Origin: a virus
DNA: 64,000 bases
Direction: 5' to 3' (one strand)
IMG/VR virus record: IMGVR_UViG_3300045051_001056
Location: 33,746 to 97,745 of that record
Shown here: positions 57,749 through 64,000 of the stretch, piece after piece
Numbering within the stretch: position 1 is the stretch's first letter
Layout of the letters: every line of letters begins with the position of its first letter
Notes under the pieces: model-generated
Told to the model about the DNA's origin: nothing
The model's input: only the letters and a program-made list of their open reading frames with translations
Database searches by the model: none
Translations under genes and position numbers: made by a program

Positions 57749-60700
57749 TTATGACCTTTGTGCTGAATAATACAAGACTAAATCGTTTAAAAGTATAGTT
57801 TTCTTTGGATCATTTGGAGTATAACTTATTTTTGCAAACAAATAATGGCCCCTAATCCTAGAGACATTATCACTGCTTGATCTTGGTATATATATTCTAG
57901 ACATTCTAAATCTACGTTGTATTGTAGAAACATCTGCAGCATTTGCAGTTAGATAATCATTATAGCAAGATAAGGCAGTGATATTATCATTGTAATGTGT
58001 TGTTGGATTCGTAGTATCAACCACATCATGAGTCCATTCTAGCGCATTAAACACGCAGTCATTCTGGCCGCCCTCTGGATTCAGACATATAGTCAATTCC
58101 ATTGCATATTGAGTTCCATAGAAATTGCATGACTTATTAGCCAGAAAGTGATTCCACACCTTGTTGTCATTTGCTGTCGAAATGGAATACAACTTGCCAT
58201 CAATCGTAAATACAAACTTAGCTGGCATATCGCATACCTCAGTAAACCGCTTGATTCCCTCGTCATAAATAAGAGTTTCAGTTGTCCCTGTATTATCGTC
58301 TGACTGTCGAGTAATCGTAAAATATACATCATCAGTTATTGGGTTGAACCCTAAAACAAATTTGGGCTTATACTGCTTATCTGTATCGTATCCTTTAACA
58401 TATTGAGACATCCCAAGCGTGTCGCTAAGTCCGGAGACAGTGGCCCCCTCAATCATGTTAATAGTCCTACGTATCCTGTCGCCATAATATACTGCAGATG
58501 AGGTTGATACTATTCCATTGAAATCATCACACCCAGAATTAGTATTAATATATTGGTATGTATTGAGTACCTGTCCTACCCCTAATTCAATTGCGATAGA
58601 ATCATTTGTAGCTATCTGAACTCTTGGTAGAACGCTAACAATACTTACCCCATCTCTCTGGAACGAATATAGGATATCGTTAAATTTGAATAACCGATTT
58701 ATTCTCCCATATTCCCCTTCAAGATATAACTCTTCATTAACTAAAACATCTGTCCATGAATCGATTATTTCTCCAGAGATTTTGGGTTTGGTGGCCAGAA
58801 TTCTATTAGTGAAATGCACATTCTTAATCAATAAGAATGGATCGGGTTGAGAGATAATTGCATTTCCCAATTGAGAATATACAGAATTGTATTTATGGAA
58901 TTCATCATTTGTAGGAAGGAATGTGGATTTCCAGCCACCAAAGGAATTATCGCTTCTCTCTTTTAAGTTTATAGTTGTCTCAACAGGTATGCTAACGATT
59001 TCAGACATCTGAATTCTAGTCTCTGAAAAAGAGACTCCACCTATTCTAGATATCCTTGCAAATAAGAAATTGCCAACAAATACATCGCCACAATCCATTA
59101 TTTGATAAGTATTGTCGCCAGCCGTTATTGTTTGGTATTTCCCTACTCCTATATATTTATTAATACTTCTATCCTCATAATATTTGCCACCATACTGATT
59201 CTCTATATCAACAACAAGTTCTGCCAGTAAAACATTGTCATCCGAAGTGGGCGTGGCTGATGTTGCGCTATTTGAAAGCGACAACATTAATGTTTCATAT
59301 GAATCCTGATTACTCAAAACAAATGTTATATTCGGAGCGGCAACTGAGTCGACACCATATATAGGTTTATCCCAATTGGCAGTATTGCTACCGCCATCAT
59401 AAACATATTCCGTCCTACCGTCAGCAAGTATAGATTGCAGAGAATTTGTGTACCTGTAGTCGCCATTCCCATTATATGTTCTTATATTAGAATCATTCCT
59501 GGAAAATTCAGGGGAACCCAATAGTTCTTTTTCGTTTACGGTTCCATCTATTTTTAATGCCCAATTTTCCTGATATAAATATTCTCTATAATATTGCAAT
59601 AGTTGCTCGGTGTTTACGCCTGGTGCAGCTACATCTGGTTTGTTTGGACCAATGTATCCATTTGCATTAAGAAAATTATGGGTCTCTGTGAATGAACCGC
59701 TATTTGTATATTTCGATATATTGAATAAAGTGCCAAGGGATTCGGATGAATATTCTCTGAAAATATTATTCAAATCTGAGTGAACCATTTTGCCGTGTGC
59801 AGAACGTTTATTCTGCTTCAACGAGGCAACCGCCCTCAACCTCATGCCAGAATATAGACTAGGATTACCAAATACTGTCTCTGGAGAAAATAATTGCATA
59901 ATTCGATTATCCTGAAATGAGAATTGCAGCCCAGCAACTACGGCCAAACTATTGGAGGACTGTGTGTCTCTATATATCTCCTGCCAGGGGGTGGGATTCC
60001 TATCATTTGCCGCCATTGCCACATGGGTAGCAGAATCCTTGGGTTGTAAATTTATGCAAGAATTAGTAAGAAGCTTGTTTATTTTTACATCATATCTATA
60101 TTGAGGGGAGCCACCAAAAAAAGATGTATATGGAATATCAATTTGATCCTGATAGTGCCTTACCCACGGGCATGATATTTTTACATTATTATTCTTATAA
60201 CTGGCGCCATTTACAAAATTGGCATCAACCTTCGCTATTGCCGGAGATGTTTCCTGGAATATCATGGGGGTGATAATTCCTTGAGCAATAACCGACTTAT
60301 CAGACTCCTGACGTTCTACTCTCAAAAATTTATATCCAACAATGTCTTGAGCCTGCAATCTAGCTATACCGGCCGAAGATATAACAAATTGTATCGTCGC
60401 TCTATTAACTCCATTATTAGAAAATCCTGCTGGGACAACTACATCCGCAATCCACTGTGGAGTAGACTTTTGCGACTTATCATTATAAAACTCAATAGCC
60501 CAACGATAAACCTCGCCACATTTCATATATCTTATATCATCTGGATCATATCCAGCAGCAATAATATCTGTCGTAGATTCGCTAATTATCGTATAAGACA
60601 CGAAGCGACCCTCTCCACCAGGTACCGCGGTAGCAGGATGTAGCTGATAAAGCGTTCCATCCGCTGGGACATTCTTGTTCTGAATAGCATCGTGCGTTAC

Positions 60701-61984
60701 AGACACATTGCTTCCACTAATAGTATAGGCTCTTGCTGTTTTTAATAAGGTATATTCTGTTCCAGATTTATCTTTTATCTTAACATTCCCAGCAACATCT
60801 GCAGAGTATGCTCTTGAATCGAAATAATTAGAACTATCGACAGTTAATCCCTGATTAATCTCCCATATATCTTCTTGTATATTAGCTAGTAAAAATCTAT
60901 TTTTCTTTGCAATAATACATCTTGGAATAATCTCAGTTCCGCCAAGAAATACTAATTCCTCTAAAGTTATATTATATTTTACCCTACCATCATCAGTTAT
61001 TGTTATTGTGCCAGAATTTGGCGTTGCGCCTTTGGGGGCAGCAAATTCTCCAACAACGCTAACAATCGGCACTGTATTTAGGTCATTGTATTTAATAGAA
61101 TAGATCCTCATATAGTCATAATTCGAGTCTATATTATCTATCGTTATGATATTTGATTTTCCTATAATCTCATTAACGTCACCACCATTATTTGCCTTGC
61201 CAAGAAAAATCAATTCTGATGTAGGCGATATCTTTGTCTGTCCACCGTTAACATTAAATAAGTTGTAGCAATATTGTATTGCCCCGGAAGTATGTTGCCC
61301 CCCAGCTATTTGCTGTTTAAGGTATGGCTCTGACATATTATATTGTGGAACCATATACAATACCTTCTTTGATTTGGAAAGATCTGTGGTAGACAATAGA
61401 TTCACTGAAAAAACCTGATGCTCCCCATCGGCAATATACATCTTAACAACACTCTCACTCTCAACATTGACTACTATATCAAAATTCTCTTCTGCGAGTG
61501 AATTCCATTCCAAATCATTGATGTAAATTAACTCCAACCCATCGAATTCTGTATAGCTCCAGATGCAATCTATACTATGCTCAGGAGACGTTGTGGTTGT
61601 TAAAAAATAAGTGGTTGGACCATTTGATGCGGTAGCAACAATATCTATATTCACAACTGGCAAATATGCATTTAATGCCACTATGTCAGCATTAACTACT
61701 CCCGCAAATGTTTTAGTAGTTAGGACGTTGTCTATCTTATACGACACTTGTAGATTGCCGCTATTGGCAGATATTGTATCTATAGAGGTAAACGTAAATT
61801 TTAATTCATTACCACTCTGGCACCTAATAACTCCATTTGATGGAACATTATTATTTTCACCAGTAGCATATGTAGACGTTATGCGACCATTCCTCAGGAA
61901 AAAATATTGATCTTTACTTCTGCGAGCAGGCGGCATGTCAACATTCATTCCACCAAGATATGTATATTGATCTTTTTTTATCAT
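57749..61984 (-). CDS. tail stabilisation/muzzle protein (P22 gp10-like)
   Basis: GGMNVD, GEVYRWAIEF, GDVFVG, RRFRMSRIYIPR...RIRGHY; size and synteny. Confidence 0.8.
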   Translation of the reverse strand: MIKKDQYTYLGGMNVDMPPARRSKDQYFFLRNGRITSTYATGENNNVPSNGVIRCQSGNELKFTFTSIDTISANSGNLQVSYKIDNVLTTKTFAGVVNADIVALNAYLPVVNIDIVATASNGPTTYFLTTTTSPEHSIDCIWSYTEFDGLELIYINDLEWNSLAEENFDIVVNVESESVVKMYIADGEHQVFSVNLLSTTDLSKSKKVLYMVPQYNMSEPYLKQQIAGGQHTSGAIQYCYNLFNVNGGQTKISPTSELIFLGKANNGGDVNEIIGKSNIITIDNIDSNYDYMRIYSIKYNDLNTVPIVSVVGEFAAPKGATPNSGTITITDDGRVKYNITLEELVFLGGTEIIPRCIIAKKNRFLLANIQEDIWEINQGLTVDSSNYFDSRAYSADVAGNVKIKDKSGTEYTLLKTARAYTISGSNVSVTHDAIQNKNVPADGTLYQLHPATAVPGGEGRFVSYTIISESTTDIIAAGYDPDDIRYMKCGEVYRWAIEFYNDKSQKSTPQWIADVVVPAGFSNNGVNRATIQFVISSAGIARLQAQDIVGYKFLRVERQESDKSVIAQGIITPMIFQETSPAIAKVDANFVNGASYKNNNVKISCPWVRHYQDQIDIPYTSFFGGSPQYRYDVKINKLLTNSCINLQPKDSATHVAMAANDRNPTPWQEIYRDTQSSNSLAVVAGLQFSFQDNRIMQLFSPETVFGNPSLYSGMRLRAVASLKQNKRSAHGKMVHSDLNNIFREYSSESLGTLFNISKYTNSGSFTETHNFLNANGYIGPNKPDVAAPGVNTEQLLQYYREYLYQENWALKIDGTVNEKELLGSPEFSRNDSNIRTYNGNGDYRYTNSLQSILADGRTEYVYDGGSNTANWDKPIYGVDSVAAPNITFVLSNQDSYETLMLSLSNSATSATPTSDDNVLLAELVVDIENQYGGKYYEDRSINKYIGVGKYQTITAGDNTYQIMDCGDVFVGNFLFARISRIGGVSFSETRIQMSEIVSIPVETTINLKERSDNSFGGWKSTFLPTNDEFHKYNSVYSQLGNAIISQPDPFLLIKNVHFTNRILATKPKISGEIIDSWTDVLVNEELYLEGEYGRINRLFKFNDILYSFQRDGVSIVSVLPRVQIATNDSIAIELGVGQVLNTYQYINTNSGCDDFNGIVSTSSAVYYGDRIRRTINMIEGATVSGLSDTLGMSQYVKGYDTDKQYKPKFVLGFNPITDDVYFTITRQSDDNTGTTETLIYDEGIKRFTEVCDMPAKFVFTIDGKLYSISTANDNKVWNHFLANKSCNFYGTQYAMELTICLNPEGGQNDCVFNALEWTHDVVDTTNPTTHYNDNITALSCYNDYLTANAADVSTIQRRFRMSRIYIPRSSSDNVSRIRGHYLFAKISYTPNDPKKTILLNDLVLYYSAQRS

Positions 61985-62817
61985 TATTGTTTCCTAAGAC
62001 GTTCTGGATGACCCATATTTCTATAAAACGTTTTACTTTGCTTATCATTGAGCATAAGTCTATTCATGGTGTCGCTTAAGGACTCCCTCTTGTCTAGTGA
62101 CATGGCCACTGCATGAGACTGAGACTGACCTATATACCAACAATATTCCCTCTCAGCATGTTCGGCAGCATATCTCACATCTTTTCCAAGATCTGCCATG
62201 ATGCCAAAATATTGAGACTTTACATAATTTTCAATAGCCTTTTCCACAGATGGATCATTTGGTATCATAGGAAGACCCTCGTCATCTAAAATGATCCCAT
62301 CATAAGCTACATCGATAGTTCCTAGCGGGAACGATGTGTAGATGTAATTACCATTACATTGATATGTATTCCCGGGAGAAATATTATGAGTATACGATTT
62401 ATTCATGAACACATGGAATGGATCAGTTGCCTCCCACATCTGAACATACTCCTCGCCCTTAACTACTGGATTCTGTATGATATTTTCACTATTAAACGTC
62501 CATATACCATCCTCAGGATAATTTACAATTATATTTGGATCGGCATTTTCAAAAGTCCATGTATCTGCCCTGAAGGTATCGCTGGGGGTTAGGACCCTGC
62601 GAGCTGCTTTCATGAATACCATGTCCCATGGTTTAGGGGCTCTATTATCTTCTATTCCTAGACGAATAATTTTTCTTTCCATATAATTATCAGATCCAAT
62701 GAGACGTATTACATCTATAGCCCATACTATGCAAGACTCATATGTAACGTCTGTCATCATGGGATGCCTCATGATCCTATCAATTACAGATCTTAGTGAT
62801 ATAAATGAATTGTACAT
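61984..62817 (-). CDS. tail ring/tubular protein
   Basis: YIYTSF..G.I.VAY.GI.LDDEGLPMIP, Y.WY.GQ crAss-like pattern. Confidence 0.75.
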   Translation of the reverse strand: MYNSFISLRSVIDRIMRHPMMTDVTYESCIVWAIDVIRLIGSDNYMERKIIRLGIEDNRAPKPWDMVFMKAARRVLTPSDTFRADTWTFENADPNIIVNYPEDGIWTFNSENIIQNPVVKGEEYVQMWEATDPFHVFMNKSYTHNISPGNTYQCNGNYIYTSFPLGTIDVAYDGIILDDEGLPMIPNDPSVEKAIENYVKSQYFGIMADLGKDVRYAAEHAEREYCWYIGQSQSHAVAMSLDKRESLSDTMNRLMLNDKQSKTFYRNMGHPERLRKQ

Positions 62818-62818
62818 T

Positions 62819-63343
62819 CTATTTCGTTTCTAATGTGTCAAATTCGCTATCCATTATTCTTTTGGCAATACTTCTTTTTATGGATCTATTAACCTGCGCA
62901 GTATAAAATAACCTATTCTTAAACAAGCAGCCACGCTTTCTATAGAGTATTGCGAATATGTACCCTCCACTATGAGGATTAGTATGATAAACATATTGCA
63001 CCTTCTCTAGATATGGATATTCTTTCCATAACTTTTTAGTCTCCTTCCAGTCTATAGGCCTTTTCATGGTTATTTTTCCATCTTCATCAACATGTGCAGT
63101 CGGCCTATATTTCCTGGTAATTATTCTTCCAAGATTATACGGTAATTTAAAATCATACATTTTCTCGGACATAGCGTTTGCAATTCCTAGAAGAATCCCA
63201 TCAAGTATTTTACTGTGCAATTTTCGGTCAACCTCATTTTTAGTTCCATCATATATTTTACTATAATGTCTATAGTAATCATTCATCCCGTAATCGCTAA
63301 TTACCTTGTGGATTCTGAGACAACCCTTCCTCTGTCGAGTCAT
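62819..63343 (-). CDS. IHF/HU-like DNA-binding protein of crAss-like structural modules
   Basis: FKLPYNLGRI, PIDWKETKKLW, N.HS.GY. Confidence 0.65.
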   Translation of the reverse strand: MTRQRKGCLRIHKVISDYGMNDYYRHYSKIYDGTKNEVDRKLHSKILDGILLGIANAMSEKMYDFKLPYNLGRIITRKYRPTAHVDEDGKITMKRPIDWKETKKLWKEYPYLEKVQYVYHTNPHSGGYIFAILYRKRGCLFKNRLFYTAQVNRSIKRSIAKRIMDSEFDTLETK

Positions 63344-63959
63344 TTAATTGGTCTTTAGGTATTTTAAGTAAATTCGCTAACTTCACGTCAACAATCTTTC
63401 TAACATCTATTAGATTCTGCTCTGATAGAGGATATTTTTCTGAATAAAAATCATTAGCACCACCGTTAATAGTATATGCTAATTCTGGATCTTCAAATAA
63501 TCCTCTGACAATAACTGATTCTATTAGTTTGTAGACATTATTCTTGCTATTAAACACAAGGTATCCGGATTCATCTATTGCGCAATAGATCTGATCTGTA
63601 ACATATGGATTGTTGCCAACGAATGGCAATCTTTCTATTGAAACTACATTTAATGGAAGTTGTAAAGAAGTTCCAGATAGCCCAGTCCCATACGCCTTTA
63701 ACGGAGAATTTGCATTTCCAGTTGTCTTAATTATGCTAGGCAGCGCAATGGATGACCTACCATTGAGGCCAATGGCGGTAGTTATACTCTGCATCTCAAC
63801 AGAGGGTACCACGTTTCTGGGATCCGAATATCTCTGCTGCAATACGGTGCCCCTAGCATTCCTAACTAGATAAGCGAGAAATTCGTTTGTCTGATCCGCG
63901 TCATCGCTCATAATTCGAAATTCCTCTCGTATAGAATATATGATTTCCTTAAGAGTCAT
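63297..63959 (-). CDS. tail ring/tubular protein (P22 gp4-like)
   Basis: MTLKEIIY.I.E, R.....QRY, GLFEDP, YPL, P.D..ND; ATG at 63959 preferred over the TTG call. Confidence 0.7.
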   Translation of the reverse strand: MTLKEIIYSIREEFRIMSDDADQTNEFLAYLVRNARGTVLQQRYSDPRNVVPSVEMQSITTAIGLNGRSSIALPSIIKTTGNANSPLKAYGTGLSGTSLQLPLNVVSIERLPFVGNNPYVTDQIYCAIDESGYLVFNSKNNVYKLIESVIVRGLFEDPELAYTINGGANDFYSEKYPLSEQNLIDVRKIVDVKLANLLKIPKDQLNDSTEEGLSQNPQGN

Positions 63960-63974
63960 TGTATAAAATTTTTG

Positions 63975-63982
63975 CAAATATA
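63975..63982 (-). promoter_or_regulatory. -7 element TATATTTG upstream of the ring protein gene
   Basis: TAnnTTTG 15 nt upstream of the ATG; the -33 would lie outside the window. Confidence 0.5.
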
Positions 63983-64000
63983 ATAAAAATTTTCAGAATA

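Noticed and set aside
35375-63873. Many short + strand ORFs opposite the structural genes, and - strand ORFs opposite the early genes
   Set aside because: Antisense shadows of long coding sequences with no independent signals
32602-64000. Stop-codon reassignment (TAG or TGA), common in some crAss-like phages
   Set aside because: Multi-kb genes are uninterrupted under the standard code, and TGA/TAG end genes at tight junctions (ATGA overlaps)
1-64000. CRISPR array, DGR/retron reverse transcriptase, introns, inteins, integrase
   Set aside because: No regularly spaced repeats, RT motifs, split core genes or intein ends were seen by eye; short or diverged repeats could have been missed

Overview
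AT-rich 64 kb segment of a crAss-like (Crassvirales-type, probably Bacteroidota-infecting) phage genome that uses the standard genetic code. It has two convergent blocks that meet at a perfect 28-bp palindromic terminator (32573-32600). The + strand block (1-32564) holds small accessory ORFs, RNA genes, a replication module (RNase HI, DnaB-like helicase, AAA_24 ATPase, SSB-like protein, primase, PD-(D/E)XK exonuclease, RusA-like resolvase) and a phiEco32-like peptide-ligase cluster (GGCT, ATP-grasp, COOH-NH2 ligase, GATase, amidoligase). The - strand block (32602-64000) holds tail ring proteins, an IHF-like protein, the tail stabilisation protein, cargo proteins and three giant ejected proteins, including a 3219-aa virion RNA polymerase (DFDID). 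The most notable observations are: (1) a circularly permuted two-piece tmRNA gene with a G3.U70 acceptor stem, tag ANGNQFEIGFQSSRMAA and a long structured intervening segment; (2) terminal cysteines placed so the three giant proteins could be linked head-to-tail in gene order; (3) cargo proteins punctuated by more than 20 hydrophobic-x-x-G-G motifs, suggesting processed polyproteins; (4) a circularly permuted histidine phosphatase and an ASCH-like domain on the vRNAP; (5) apparent decoy or degenerate copies of host proteins (stand-alone DnaE C-terminus with QLSLF, dead UNG, loop-less GroES); (6) a tRNA-like RNA with an aberrant anticodon arm. All family assignments were made by eye from motifs; no searches were run.
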